Counted from the first letter of the stretch, positions 32,544 to 48,322 are shown. The stretch: 64,000 nucleotides of DNA from Eledone cirrhosa (GCA_964016885.1 OZ024742.1:209498001-209562000), one strand, 5' to 3'. The notes: generated by a model from the letters alone, not told the origin. Translations and numbers: made by a program.

Positions 32544-33867
32544 TATATATAAACATAGAAATATTTTCATATTCTTACAACATGGCCAAAATGTTTCAGC
32601 AATGCATTCATTCACTAAGTGTTAACAAGATGTGCGTCACTAAGCGTTCCCTTTTATGAAGCTTACTGAACACATACTTTGCTAACATTAAGCAAACAAG
32701 CGCTTCATCAAATATTTCGGCAATATTGTAAGAATATGAAAAAAACATATCTTTTTTAAAACTCTATTATAAATTTGAGTTCTCTCTATTTTGTAGCCTA
32801 ATACGTTAACCTGATCAGAACCTAATATGTGTGTATGTGTGTGTGTGTGAGGGAGGGAGAGTGGAGAGAGAGTAAGTGACAGAATGAGAGAGTACCCGCA
32901 TGCGTGCACTTGTGTATATGTGTGCGTGCAGATGCGTATAATATATATCATTTAAATGTCTCGATGAAGCATTATAAAAGCAATTTATAATATTCCAACT
33001 AATTTTTACGAACAATATAATATATATGGAATTTTAAAATAATTTTTTAGTAACTTGTAACTCATCATGTTCTTTATTGCGCTGCTTGCCGAAGTCCTCG
33101 TATTCTTTTGTAGTCTCTCCTGCGCTATTAATTTTTGTTACAAGTAGGCACCATTTGATATAAACCATAATGGCAAGAAATTATATTAAGTATAACTTTC
33201 ATTGCATATTAACTACATTAGTTGCTATTAATTCTTACCGGTTTACAAAAATAGCTTTCTCTTTTTGTCACCATTTTGTATGAATAACCAATATGTAGAA
33301 AGCTTTTCTATAACATTAATGAGCAAATGAAAGCCGAGTCGCTCAAAGCAGACAACCGAATTATATGTGAAATAAGTGTTGTTGCCAATTATTACTTGGA
33401 ATAACATATCTTATGATTCCAAGCACGAAATTTCCAGCAGACAGATAAATGCTACCACAAATTTATTTGTTTATCAGATTGTTCATTTATTTAATATTCC
33501 ATCTGCATTAGAAACCTCTTTTCAAATAGGCTTTACCTTTGACAATAAAAAGAAAATTAAAAGTAAAATAAAAAATTTCTAATTTCACCTAGCTGGGAAA
33601 CTATCCAGCATTTTAAACTTTGAAAATGATTTACATATCACCCTTCCCATAATATTCCGTATTTTCGCCCCTTACTGTTTTCACAACATATGTATGCATT
33701 TAAAGGCCTGATTTATTACGGGTTTTTAAAAGAGGCATTTTTGTTTGAAAGAATGAAAATTTATACTCAACACATATGTATCGATTTAGACAAAGAGGAA
33801 AAGAACTTGCATACATGCAAGAACTCGCAAACACACATATTGAAGGCACACACATAAACGAATGTAT

Positions 33868-33870
33868 ACG

Positions 33871-33901
<31 letters not shown>

Positions 33902-33928
33902 GCACACACACACACACACACACACACG

Positions 33929-34004
<76 letters not shown>

Positions 34005-34020
34005 ACACACACACACACAC
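33868..34020. repeat. (CA)n microsatellite
   Basis: Direct inspection. Confidence 0.98.
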
Positions 34021-34029
34021 ATTTTACTC

Positions 34030-35770
34030 TGCTTGAAGGAGCATTTTCAATCTATCTTGAACAATGCATCCATCATCAACGAAGATGTTATAGCTTCTAT
34101 CCCCCAACGCCCTGAGATACCACAACTGAAGCTTGGGCCCTCTCTTGACGAAGTGAGAAACTCCATTAGCCAGATATCATCTGGTAAGGCACCAGGCAAA
34201 GATGGTATTCCTCCAGAGATCTATGCTGGTGAAAAGCTGGTCAAAAAGTTCTATGATCTTTTTGGCGTTATTTGGATTAAAGGCTCTGTGCTTCAGGATT
34301 TCAAGGATGCATCCATTCAACACCTTTTCAAAAACAAAGGCATGAGAGTTGTTTGTGACAACTGGTGGGGCATATCATTGCTTAACATTGCTGGTAAAAT
34401 CCTCGCACGACTTATTCTGAATAGAATCATTGAGCATGTTGTCAATGACATCTACCCAGAATCACAGTGTGGTGTTGGGTCTGGTAGGGGTACAATTGAG
34501 ATGATCTTTGCTCTGCGTCAGGTTGTCGAAAAAGTTCGCGAGAAAAACCAAGAACTCTACATAGTTTTTGTAGACCTTATCAAGGCTTTCAGTACAGTCA
34601 ATAAAACAGCTCTCTGTGATGTTCTTAAGAAACTTGATATACCTGACGAAATGCTCAACATCATCATTTCTTTCCACCAGGGGTTGAAAGCTGCGGTTCA
34701 ATCCGACGGAGGGATCTCAGATTCTTTCGATGTCACCAATGGTACAAAGCAAGGTTGTGTGATGGCCCCTGTGCTATTTGGCCTTTTCTTTTCTGTCATG
34801 CTTAAATATGCTTTCAACAACTGTGATAAAGGTGTAAACTTTCAACCTCGCCCAACAGGAGGTCTTTCAACCAGCGTTTCAAAGCAAAAACATTCCTCCG
34901 AACTGATATCTCGCAACTTCATTCGAAGATGCTCCGAATTTGGCCAATTGTTTTTCTGTTGCATGCAAAGCCTTCGGCTTAACTATCAGCATTAAGAAAC
35001 TGAGGTCGTATATCAACCTCTTCCTTCTCAGAAAACCTTCACCAGTTCATGGAATTCCACCTAACAGAATCATGGTAGAAGACAAGCAACTCAAGTATGT
35101 TAAAATTTCACATTATTAGCAAGCAAGGTGAACCGCAGTGCTTCCCCTGATGACGAAGTTACCAACCGCATCTCCAAAGCTTCCGCTGTAAACTCAATCA
35201 TCGTCTGTGGAATGAAAAGGGTGTAAAACTAAAACCGAAAGTGCAAGTGTATAAGGCAGTTCTCACCACTTTGCTTTTTGGATCAGAATCCTGGACACCG
35301 TACCGGTCACACATAAAAAAGGGATGTTTGAGGTCCATCTGTGGTCATGTGCGAGAAGATAACATCTCCAACGCCGACATCCTAACCAAATGCAACATTG
35401 GGGGAATTTAAACTTTCCTCAGCTTCGTTGGGCTGACCATGTCATCCGCATGAGTGACGACAGAATTCCAAAAGTCCTCATGCCTGGTCAGCTTAGCAGC
35501 GGCAACAGATATGTTGGTAGGCCATGGCTACGATATAAGGATAAGTTGAAATCAAATCTCACGCCTCTTGCAATCCCTTTCCGTGATTGCCATCAAATTG
35601 CTGCTGACTGAAAAGACTCGAGAGAAAGATGCCATAGTGCTATCAAGAGCTTTGAATGCAGTCGCATAGAGAAATTGCGTGTTGACCAAACAGGGACGAA
35701 GCAACGGGCCTTGATACCTGAAAGACTCTCCATAAACTCTAGCTCTTGCGACCTATGTGGCTTAGGATGG
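34030..35770 (+). mobile_element. Degenerate RTE-clade LINE fragment (RT)
   Basis: GKAPGKDGIPPE, CDN..GISLLNIAGKILAR, PESQCG..GRGT, FVDL.KAF, GTKQGCVMAP, and downstream QLRWADHVIRMSDDRIPK; frameshifted. Confidence 0.88.
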
Positions 35771-35815
35771 AAATGTCCATATACTGTACTGTTTGTGTTG
35801 TTATTTCTGTTTACC

Positions 35816-35945
<130 letters not shown>

Positions 35946-36224
35946 CATGAGAATAATGAATACTGCGCGGTTGCACATGGGTTACATATGATAAAAATAG
36001 TCCTTCATCAGTGATTTTTCAACCTTCATTGGTATTTCATCGCTTTAAAAATCATATACCTCCAGTTGGTGCGAGCAATAGCTAAATAAAGCTATTGGGA
36101 CAAGTAAATCGCGTAAAGCGAGAGAGACATCGACAATCGATCAACTTTCATCAAATCGAATCGGACCGAGGAAACAATATTTATAATATTGCTAATACTC
36201 TCTATCGGTCACAACTACGGGTAT

Positions 36225-36335
36225 CAGGGACAACGTGAAATAAAGTGACTTACCCAAGTACACAACGCATCGCCCGGCCCGGGAATCGAACTCACAACCT
36301 CATGATTGCGAATCCAATTCTCTAATCACTTATTC
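36225..36335 (-). mobile_element. tRNA-derived SINE copy
   Basis: Reverse complement contains GGTTGTGAGTTCGATTCCC...TGTGTACTTGGGTAAGTCACTTTATTTCACGTTG, as in 31411. Confidence 0.75.
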
Positions 36336-36374
36336 TCCAGCCTTCGCATATATAAATATATATATATATACACA

Positions 36375-37700
<1,326 letters not shown>

Positions 37701-37861
37701 ATAACACTTTCCTGTATTACAGCCCCACATTATACCCTAACGGATAGTACGAACAATACGCGGATAATTTACGTCTTGATGTGGTGGGTAAGTATATTTT
37801 ATGTTGCGGTGTGTATTTATATAGATACTATTATATGTGTGTGTGTTTATGTATGTGTATG

Positions 37862-37892
<31 letters not shown>

Positions 37893-37897
37893 ATATA

Positions 37898-37976
<79 letters not shown>

Positions 37977-38106
37977 ATGTATGTGTGTGTGGTTGTGTAT
38001 GACTTGGTGTAAGTATGTATATGTGTACATAGGGTTTTGGTATATGTACGTTTGTTGAACATATGTGTATTTATGTGTGTGTGTGTTTATATATGTATCT
38101 ATCTAT

Positions 38107-38371
38107 CTAAGGCGGGTAAAATTCCCGAGATCCATGGACGAGTTCTCTCCAGCGGTCTCTGTCCCTCATTATCGCTGCCATATCCTGCATCTCCAACAGA
38201 CCAGTGTCTGTCCTTAGGGAATCAACATATGTTAACCTTGGTCTTCCTCTTCTAGTGTGTCCATGTAGGGGCTCCCTAAGGAGCACTGAGTGCAATGTCA
38301 ACTCTGGATGTCGGTGAGCATGTCCAGCCAACCTCAATCTCCTCTGTGTCACTTTTGAGCTGACTTTTGGG
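38107..38371 (-). mobile_element. 3' fragment of an RTE-like LINE
   Basis: RRLRLAGH..RH..L..EP.HG..RRGRPRLTYVD, WRELV; ends in a TAGA repeat. Confidence 0.7.
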
Positions 38372-39287
38372 ATATATATATGTATATATAATTATATGTA
38401 TACATACTTATGTATATGTGTATTTGCTGCATACGTTCGTATGTGCGCGAGTATATGTGTCATGCATGTATATGTACGTACAGCGTGCATTTTCGCGTAT
38501 GCACGTGTACTCATATGTACGTATATAGATGTGTGTATGTATATATATATAATCTTTAAAATTATTACTTTTATGATTTTAATAACGTCTGTGATTTTCA
38601 ACATATTTATTTACATTATTCTTAACTCCTAACCTGAAAATCTTTTGGTTCCCTAAATGGAATATCTTAACTACAATAAAGAAAGGAGTGCGGGACTGCA
38701 TCCAGAATAGAATTTCTTCATCCAGTTTGTAAAATAAGTTGGATTACTTTGAATAAATAATGAATGAATGTTACATAATTTATCTACTAAATTTCGTAAC
38801 ACATGATTAAACATATATTAAAAATATTATTGCATAGTTCAAGATTCACTTCTTTTAAAAGATTCAAAGTTCAATACTTCCGGTATATCTATACTATATA
38901 TATCGAGAGAGAGGGAGTGAAAGGGAAAGATGAAGTAATTTGAATTTTTTTCAACACTCTAATGTGTACGTGCGTGTGTGTATGTTGTTGTTTGATTTTA
39001 TAAAATTGCTAGAGCGAGAAAGAGAAAGAGATTGTACGTGTGAGTATATAAAGAGAGAGATACATATAGAGAGACTGTGACAGCTATACGCGTTTTGCTG
39101 CTACCACTGTTGTCATGACTACCCCATACTACTCTCTCTATATATATCTGGTATATGAAATAGCAGACGACCATACATCGTTCTTTCATAACGTTTATAA
39201 TATTCCGGCTGTCATTTATTTCAAGCATACATTTATTTCAAAGATTTCTTTTCTTCGTGTGTCAGCTATATATATATGTGCGTGTAT

Positions 39288-40340
39288 GGGGGGGGGGGGG
39301 GGGCAAATGGGCTGCAAAATGGGGGGCAGTGGGGATAAGCTCCCGCTTCCTACAAAATGCCCCATAAGGCGCGCGTCTCAAATAGCCTCTGACAACCTAG
39401 TCCAACTCCTGGTCTTCTCGTTTAACTTAGTCTCTAAGCCCGGAGTTCCTGTTTCAAACCGACAGGAGAAGGGGCGAAAGGTGGGTCACTGGCGCCTCAC
39501 AATAACCAGTTGCTTCGGGCAACTGGTTCGCGCTGGAAGCTGTCGACAATTTACCTACCTCGGGTCCACCATCTCAGGCTCACTCACCCTAGAAGCGGAG
39601 GTGAACAGCAGGATCGCCAAGGCTGCAGCAGCTATGGTCAAGCTGAGTCAGAGAGTCTGGAACAACCCCTGCCTCACGGAGAAGACCAAGCTACGCGTCT
39701 ACCAGGCCTGTGTGCTCAGCACTCTACTCTACATCAGTGAGGCTAGGTGGACCACCCAATCAGGAGATGAAACTCGACAACTTCCACCTGAGATGAGTGC
39801 AACGCATTCTTCCCATACGCTCGCAGGACAGGATTCCCAACATAGAGGTCCTGAAGCGTGTCCGAATGAGCAGCATGTTCGCCATCCTCAGAGAAAGACG
39901 CCTGCACTGGCTCGGCCATGTCAGACGAATGGATCCTGGCCGTATTCCCAAGGACCTCCTGTACGGCGAACTGGCAGAGGGGGCGCGACCGGCCGGACGC
40001 CCGCGACTCCGCTTCAGGGACGTTTGCAAGGACCTAAAGCTGTGCGTCATCAAAGTTGCCTCGTGGGAGACCCTCGCTGAGGACCGCCCATCCTGGCGTT
40101 CCACTGAGAGGAAAGATGTACGGGCAGCCGAAAATGCGAAAAATGTGGCTCTTGGTGACAGGAGGTCCAGGGGGATCGACAAGGAATCCAAGCCTCAGCA
40201 ACCAACAGCATATATTTGCACTAAGTGCACCAGGGACTGCCACTCACGGATTGGGTTGTTCAGCCACTCACGTAAGTGCAACCGCTGAGACCCACGAGGA
40301 GCTACTCCATCGCCTTGCGAAGACAGACGGATGCCGAAGA
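39288..40340 (+). mobile_element. Bipartite (internally deleted) RTE derivative: 5'UTR fused to ORF C-terminus
   Basis: GC-rich structured 5' segment, then FTYLGS..RIAKA, TKLRVYQACVLSTLLY, RRLHWLGHV.RM..GRIPKDLLYGEL, CTKCTRDCHSRIGLFSH, and 3'UTR ...GACAGACGGATGCC. Confidence 0.85.
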
Positions 40341-40449
40341 TATATATATATATATTTTTTTTTGTTTTGTTTTAACATATATTTATTTCTAAGATGTCAC
40401 CGTCGAGATAACATATATTTATACATACATGACAGAAAGTGAACATGGG

Positions 40450-43400
40450 ACGCAGAAAACATTTCTCAACAAAATCCCAACGCATGGCAGCAGACGCACA
40501 ACAACAACAAAGATAGATGAGGGCAAATCAATCAAACAATATTCGCTCTACAATATCCCAACAAATTTCTACAAATGTAATTCAGTTAGCACACCAACAA
40601 CAACTTGCAACAAATACACCAAACGTTGAGAGAGGAAGGAACAGGTCAATTGAAGGTCTGGCAAAGAATCCTACAGATGAACCTTTCCAAGAGCAAACTG
40701 TTCTTTCCATAATGCCACAACATAATGCAGGAAGTCTCTTTGCCTCTGTTTGTCCGCACTGCAAAGCTTATCGCTGGCCACATGAACCCAAATCTCTGTG
40801 CTGCTTCCAGGGAAAATTGAAACTCCCTCAACTTCCTCCTCCTCCACCAAATATACTGAAATATTTCGATATCACCCAAGCAGGAAATTCTTTTCTCCAT
40901 AAGATACGTGCATATAACAATGTGCCTGCCTTAGCTTCAATTGGTTGCAAAGAGATTAAAGCACCAGGATTTAGTCCCACATTTAAGATCCAAGGTAAGA
41001 TTTGTCATGTTATTCGATCACTACCAAGTGATGCTTCACCCAAGTTTGCCCAGCTTTAATTCTATGATACAGATCATGAGCTTCAGAATCGCTTGCATCA
41101 TGCTAATTTAGATGCTGCTGTCCTGCAGGACCTGCAAGAAGACTTGCACTACTGCAACACCTATATAAGAAGCTTAAAGGCAGTCATTGAAATGTCAGTC
41201 TCTGAGAATGTGAATATTGTCCTACATGCTGACAAAGTAAACCCACTAATTTTCATTGTCGCACATATAACCTTCCCATGGCATCTGAGATTGCTGTTAT
41301 TCAACCTGATACAGCATTAGGTCTATTGGATGTTATCATTCATAAAAGTGATGGTGCTCTTCAGAGGATTCATCTGTTGCACCGTTGTTATTATCCTCTG
41401 CATTATGTGCTACTGTTTCCTTGGTGGAATGATGGGTTTAAGGTTGGTTTGAAAAGGATTGACAACCACACACTCACACCCACTGATTTCTATTGTTATC
41501 GGTTTCAGGTTAGGCAAGGTGACTGTAACATTATTATGAAGAGCAGGCGGCTGATGCAGCAATATGCTGTAGATGCCCAGGCAAAAATAGAACATTGTCG
41601 CCTGAAATGAGCCCGCAACAATCAAACCATGTTACTAGCTGAAAAGTATGAGGGTTTGTATGATGATGTGGTTGAAGGAGATTCAGTAAATGCAGGCTGG
41701 AGAATTGTTCTTCTTCCTTCAATCTATTGTTCCCCTCGCTTCTACAGTGAGTGCTTTCAGAATTCGATGACTGAGGTTCGACACATGGGAAAGCCATCTT
41801 TTTTTCATCACAGTAACAACTAACCCTAACTGGGATGAAATATAAAATAGTTTGCACCCTGGTGAAGAACCTAGAGACCGTTCTGATATTTGTGCAAGAG
41901 TCTTCAAGATCAAGTATGACAGCCTCATGGATGACATACTGAAAAAAATGTCCTAGGAAAAGTTGTGGCTCATTCTGCTACAATAGAGTGGCAGCAACAA
42001 GGTCTCACTCATGCTTATATTCTGCTGATAATGGCTGAAGATAGCAAGATAGCCCAAAACTGCTGATGCCGTTGATCAGGTAGTGTACTGTGAGATTCCT
42101 GATAAAGAGACCAATCCAATTCTGCATAAGATCATCATTTGTGGCCCATGTGGACAAGCTAATATGATGTACTCATGTATGGAAGGACTAGGACAACAAC
42201 GCCATTGCTCAAAAGATTATCCCAAAGCATTCAGACAAACCACATTTGTTGCCGAAAATTCTTTTCCCGAGAATAGAAGAAGGGATAGACAGCATGGTGG
42301 TCACACCCATATAATAGGTTGCCACATCAATTGTGAGGTTGTCCACGGTGTTAAGGTTGTTAAGTACTTACATAAGTACATCACAAAAGGATGAGACAAG
42401 GTCACATTCACTATTAATTATGATCAAGGAAATTGTGTCTATGCCTAAAATGAAATTGAGACCTATATCAATGCACGCTACATGTCAGCCAGTGAAGCAT
42501 TCTGGAGAATCTATAACTTTCCATTCCATCATCGAAAACCGCCAGTTGAAAAGTAGCCTTGCCAGTTACCTGGGAAACAAATGGTCATGTATGATCGAGG
42601 GCAGGAAGAAAGTGTTGTTTCTATGGGACAGCCAATGACTAAGTTGACGGGATATTTTCAACTGAATATTAGAGACCCACTGACACAAAACATATTGTAT
42701 ATTCCTAAATATTTCACTTGGACAAACAAAACGTGGCAAAGAAGAAAAAAGGGACATCTGGATGGAGATCAACAAGTTATGATGTATTCCAACAGTATCT
42801 CTAAGTAGACATCAATCTGAATTATATTATCTCAGGATGATCCTACATCACAAGGCTGGGTCAACTTCATACAAAGATTTGAGGACAATTGAATGAGTTG
42901 AATTTCCAACATTCTAAGAAGCATGCAGGAAACTTGGTATGTTGGATGAAGATGGAGAAAAAGACAAAGCTATGGAAGAGGCCTCATCCATTACGCTTGG
43001 TCCTCAGCTACGAGAGACCTTCTACATCATTTTATTGTACTGCATGCCAAATTACCCTCTGCAGTTCTAGGAGAAATGGAAGATGTCTTGCAGAGGATAT
43101 CATGTATGAACGTCATGAGAAAGTCATGTCCATGCAAACTGTGCAGATTGTTCTACAGAAGATCCAACAAAGACTTCAACATGATGGCTTGGACATTCAT
43201 GCTAAATATGGACTTCCTCGGGCAGACCCAACCATCGTTGCCATACCAGAAATCAACAGGGTTCTTATGGCAGAAACTGATTTCAGTACACACCAACTGC
43301 AAGCAAACATAAATCAACTTCTGCCAACATTGAATCCTGAGCAACTGGTTATGTTTCACAAAGTAATCACCTCTGTAATGAAAATGAAGACAGAATTTTC

Positions 43401-44708
43401 TGCTTAAATGCAAGAGCAGGCACAGGAAAGACCTATGTCATAAACATTCTACTGGATTACCTCCGATCTGAAAAATCATTGCACGTGCCACTGCCATATC
43501 TGGAATAGCAGCCACTTTGATTCCTCAAAGGTAGAACTCTTCATTCCAAGTGCAAGATTCCTCTCAATGTGACTGCTGAATCAACTTGCTTCTTCACAAA
43601 GAGGGATGCCACAGGTAAACTTATGCAGCAAGCTGACCACCTGCCAATCAATGATGAGATATGTATGGGACATAAGCATATCTTTGAATGCCTTGACAGG
43701 AGCTTTAAGGATGTTCGAGATTGCAAAAAGCCATTTGGTGGTCTAACAGTATTACTATCTGGTGACTGGAAGCAAATTCTTCCAGTTGTACGTCACGGTG
43801 CTAGACCACAAATAGTTGAGGCAACCATCAAGAGATCCTATCTCTGGGACTATGTGGAAACCATGGAGATGGCAACCAATCAACGGTTAATTAATGCAGA
43901 GGCTTCTGATGAAAGACAGTTTGCAAACTACCTTCTTGATGTGGGAAATGCTAACATTCCAACGGTTCCAACTGTAGGTGCATTCCCAATTCTTCTGCCA
44001 AATGAACTTTGTCTGGAATATGGTAATGTGCCTGGACTGTGTGATTTTGTGTATACAAATCTTCCAGGAAACTACACAATATGGCTTGCAAATAGAGCCA
44101 TTATCACTCCAACAAATGATGCAGCTAGATTGGTGAATGAGTTCATGGTCAACGAGTTCCCTGGTCATGAAATAATCTACAGAAGCTATGCTACAGTAGA
44201 TAAACAACTGCAATATCCAATTGAGTTCATCAACAAACTTACCTCATCAGGCTTCCCAACACACATACTTAAACTGAAGAAAGGCAGTTGCATCATGCTT
44301 CTGAGAAATCTGGCTCCTCTAAACGGGCATTGCAATGGTACACGCTACATCATCATCAGTTTACATAATCATGTAATTGAAGCTGAAGTGGCATTGGGTC
44401 CCAATGCTGGGTCCCAATGCTGGGTCCCAATGCTAATCCCAAGGATACCACATGTTTCTCAAGAGCTTGAGTTCCCTTTCACGTTTACTCGCAAGCAATT
44501 TCCTGTCAAACTAGCCTTTGCCCTTACATACAACAAGGCACAAGGGCAGACATTTGAAAAGATAGGTGTATATCTACCAACACAATTCTTCTCACATGGT
44601 CAGATGTATGTTGCATTATCACGAGGTATAAAAAAAAAATATATAAAAATATTAAATGAAAGGGGTATGTTTGCTGACAACTGTGTCTACAAAGAAATTC
44701 TACAGTGA
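40450..44708 (+). mobile_element. Degenerate autonomous Helitron (Rep-HUH + Pif1 helicase pseudogene)
   Basis: CPHCKA..EPKSLCC.QGK, FKIQG, YVLLFP, FFITVTTNPNW, IEWQ..GLTHA, VKYLHKYITKG, GTGKT, PFGG..LLSGDWKQILPVV, MLLRNL, CNGTR, QFPVKLAFA, KAQGQT, HGQMYVALSR; many stops and frameshifts. The 5' boundary is approximate. Confidence 0.93.
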
Positions 44709-45138
44709 TGTGAAACAACTATCACTCGCTCTTAGTTGAAATACATTTCAGTTTCTTTTTAATTGCTAGAAAAGGGACACTATATAAACGGAAGAAGTCT
44801 ATATGTGAATACAGTAAAACAACAATATAGCGAAAGTTAACTCTTCATATTGGTAAATGAATGTAATTCATTCATACCAGCAGCATCTATTTTTCAAATT
44901 CACTGCTTGAAGCTTCCCATCGACATTCTCAAGTGAAGACTCATGAACATTTTCCGTCAACGGTTTCATTGCTTTTCCATCTCAATTATCGCCTTTTTTT
45001 AATGTATCATGGATTACTTTACTGATTACAGAAGTAAGTGTAACACAGTCTTTGTTCAGTTTATGTGCATATTGTCAATTTACGTATCATATCTATGTGC
45101 ATATATATTTGCGTATATCAATATGCACACTATATATA

Positions 45139-45167
45139 CTAGCAGAAAACCACCCGAAGAGCGGTTC
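45139..45167 (-). mobile_element. Helitron-type 3' terminus (hairpin + CTAG) of a minus-strand element
   Basis: Minus strand reads AACCGCTC-TTC-GGGTGGTT-TTCTG-CTAG|T. Confidence 0.5.
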
Positions 45168-46189
45168 TTCAGCTACTTAGTCTAATGACTCTATTTATAC
45201 CATAAACGTGGTTTTGTCTTTGCGTGTTCTCCCGATCTATATAACGACGTATTATCTTCGCTTTTTTCCGTTCATTCCAGGGAACGTCTTCACGAACCAA
45301 AGTATCGTCTTCCTGCTTTACTGCGATTGTAACGTTTATCGAAATATTTACTTCTATATCCACAGAAGATACCGTTAAGTGTGAAAGCACCGATTCTTTG
45401 CTTAAACTTTAATCTGTTATTTTAATAATTGGTTTTATATATGTTGATATATATATTATCCTTATCGAGCTCTCTTCGGATTTTAGTCTTCACAGAGTTT
45501 TGTAGCTTGCTCAAATCACTGTTTATTAGGAAACACAACTTTAAATCTTCAAGACTGACACAATGCGTATGAAGTATTTTATGTTGCCAAGATAACAAAA
45601 GAATCTTACCATAGCAAATTTAACGATCTGAAATATTTTCAGGTTTAAAAGCCCATTATCAAGGGAGTAACCCTATGAAAGACTTGTGAGTGTGTGTGGG
45701 GGGGGTGCATAACTTCACTGTCTTGGATGCGCTAAAGTATCCAAAGCTGCACACTATTCGGCGAAACTGCAGTCGAAACATAAATGTAAAATTACGTAAC
45801 TTTTTATCTGATTTTTTTCACCCCAATGCATTGATAACTAAAAAGGATAGCTATCCGTGAAAAAAAAACACAGACGATAAGGAAGAAAACGACAAAAAAA
45901 GAAAACAAAAAAAGAGAGACATACCGATAGAGAAAGAGGAAACATGAGGCAGCAGTACATGTAAGTTGTAGAAACCGAGGGGAGAGAGGAGAGAGGGGGA
46001 AGTTAATATTAAGACCGAACATAATTCCTGAACCCGTATTAACAGCACGCGGGAGAGAGAGATAAAAATGTCTGATCGTAGCGAGAACAGGCGTAAAGAG
46101 GAAGAGACGAAGGAAAATGGAAGTGGGTAGGGGAAGTGGTAAGGGAGCAGAGATCGAGGCGGAGAAAGGAGATAGATAGTAAGAGAGAA

Positions 46190-46194
<5 letters not shown>

Positions 46195-46284
<90 letters not shown>
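46195..46284. repeat. (GA)n(GAAA)n microsatellite
   Basis: Direct inspection. Confidence 0.97.
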
Positions 46285-46285
<1 letters not shown>

Positions 46286-46458
46286 AAACGTAAAAGTGAA
46301 AAACACAGGATCATCTCTAAAGATTTTTTTTCTTTAATCCAACAGAATGAATATGTTTATATTTGCTACATTAAGTTAATTAAAAAAATGTCAAATATTA
46401 CTGGTTCCGATTGGTATTATTATTGAGGGTCGGACGCCATGCTTTGCACCTTTATGGT

Positions 46459-46580
46459 CTGAGTTCAAATCCCGCCGAGGTTAACTTTGCCTTTCATCCT
46501 TACGGGGTCGATAAAATAAAGTACCAGTAATGCACTGTGTAATTGCTGACCTTGTGCCAAAAGTAGAAACAATTATTATT
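46459..46580 (+). mobile_element. Short SINE-like repeat (GAGTTCAAATCCCGCCGAGG...CTTTCATCC...GATAAAATAAAGTACCAGT)
   Basis: B-box-like start; near-identical copy at 50182-50292 and reverse copies at ~49020-49100 and ~59340-59420. Confidence 0.75.
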
Positions 46581-47115
46581 CTTATTGAATATTTTTAAAA
46601 TGTGTTCTCACATTGTGTGGGCACTTAGAACATATGTGAATTTTCTCTCAAATTCATTCCTCGTATTTCATTCTTTATGAAGGTGGAGAGGTGGAGATGG
46701 AAGTGGGGTTCAACAACTGAAGATCCAATTGGTTTACTAGAAAATTCTAATGATTTAGATAGAAAGTTCCTTACCTACATAGAACAAAGTTCCCGGTGGC
46801 ATTTTGTTGTTCTACTGTGTGCGTGTGGTTGCGCGTGCGTGTGTGTCTGTGTCTGTGTCTGTGTGTGTGTATTTAGGTGAGGTTTCATTGTATTGTGTTC
46901 AAACTGTTTTTCGGGGCTTGTAGATACAGACAAGAGCAAAGGAATAAAGAAAAATAGATAGAAATATATTTTAAAAAAAGATGATTAAACATTTTATTGA
47001 AAATACAAAGACAAGTATAGAAAAAGAAAGTGGATAATATTAATATATCAAAAATCCTTTGGTAGAAAATAGAGATTTGAAAATGGTTTTTAAAATTTTA
47101 TGTTGTCTTAACTTA

Positions 47116-48322
47116 CGAGTGTCGGCTGAAAATTTCAGAGACTGCCGAAGAGACTCTCATGGAATATAACCAGATGATGTTTATTTCTCAACATAGTCCT
47201 CCATGCAGTCCACACACTTCTTCTATCGGTGTTGCAGTGTTTGGATCCCATTGATGAAGAGGTATTCATCCTGTTTGTCAACAAAGTCAACAACAGCAGA
47301 TATAGTGCACATCATCACTGCGATACTGGTTCCCAGTCAAGTGTATTTTCATGTTGGGAAACAGATAGTTGACAGATGGGCCAAATCAGGATAATAGGGA
47401 AGGTGATCAATCAGTTCAAAGCCTCAGTCACGCACAGCAGCAATTGAAACCAAGGACGTGTGTGCTGGAGCATTGTACTGGTGAAACAAGACCCCCTTCG
47501 TCAATATTCCCGCCTTTCATAACTGCCTCAGCAAGTTGGCATTTTCCATTGATGGTGTGGTCCTTTTGGAAATAGTCAATAACCACAATACTTTTTGCAT
47601 TAAAAAGAATTGAGATGAAACGATCTTGGACTTTTGGGAATAGGTCAGCAGGGGTGTTTCTATTGCGTGGATAGTCTCTCTCTCTAATTCAAAAAGATGA
47701 ACCCAACACTCATCCTGGGTTAGAAAACGTTCAAGGAAACCAGCTGAATCTGCCTCAAACAATGTCAGTTGTTGCTTTGATGTGATCAGTCTGGTGCGCT
47801 TTTGCTCATGTGTGAAAGGATGTGGTACCGACCGAGAAGAAAACTTCGTCGTGCTAAGTTCATTATGCAGAATATTCTCAACCTTTCGTTGGATATGCTA
47901 TTAGCATTGGCTATTTGATTTATAGTCAATCGCTTGTCCTCCATCCACAGTGTTTACCTCGGTGGTGACAGTTACAGAACGTCTTCAAGATTCTCCCTTC
48001 TCCTCCTCAATTCAGCTGCCCACTTTTGCATTGTTGATAAAGCTGGAGTGTTATCACCTAATGTAGCAACCATGTCAGCCTGAATATCTTTGGGGACTAA
48101 ATCCTTTTTCTGCAGGTACTTGATGACACAAAAATGCAATTTTTGTCCATTGTCAAGAGAGCCTACTGCTAGTTACATTTGAAGCCTTCTTTGAACAGTC
48201 AGATGTCAGTTTAACTGAACAGAAATAATGCAGTTATTAATACGAAGAGTTGGAATTAATGCATGCAAGAATTTCACATCACTCCTCTATAGTCAGCCTA
48301 TGAACCCTTTAGTCCATCCTCG
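47116..48322 (-). mobile_element. Degenerate mariner-like DNA transposon
   Basis: Imperfect TIRs TA|CGAG...CTGAAAA-TTCA flanked by TA; minus-strand transposase remnants FLTQDECWVH, HQ(Y)NAPAH, PYYPDLA. Confidence 0.85.

Noticed and set aside
33700-34036. ORFs of CV/HT/YI/RE dipeptide repeats (also 35675-36014, 37644-38062, 50323-50633, 57310-57612, 60642-60990)
   Set aside because: Translations of dinucleotide or tetranucleotide microsatellites.
44395-44433. 13-bp unit TGGGTCCCAATGC x3 inside the Helitron helicase
   Set aside because: Local slippage duplication in a dead element; no sign of function.
43569-44708. Host Pif1 helicase gene
   Set aside because: Intronless, fused to degenerate Helitron Rep motifs upstream, with many disablements.
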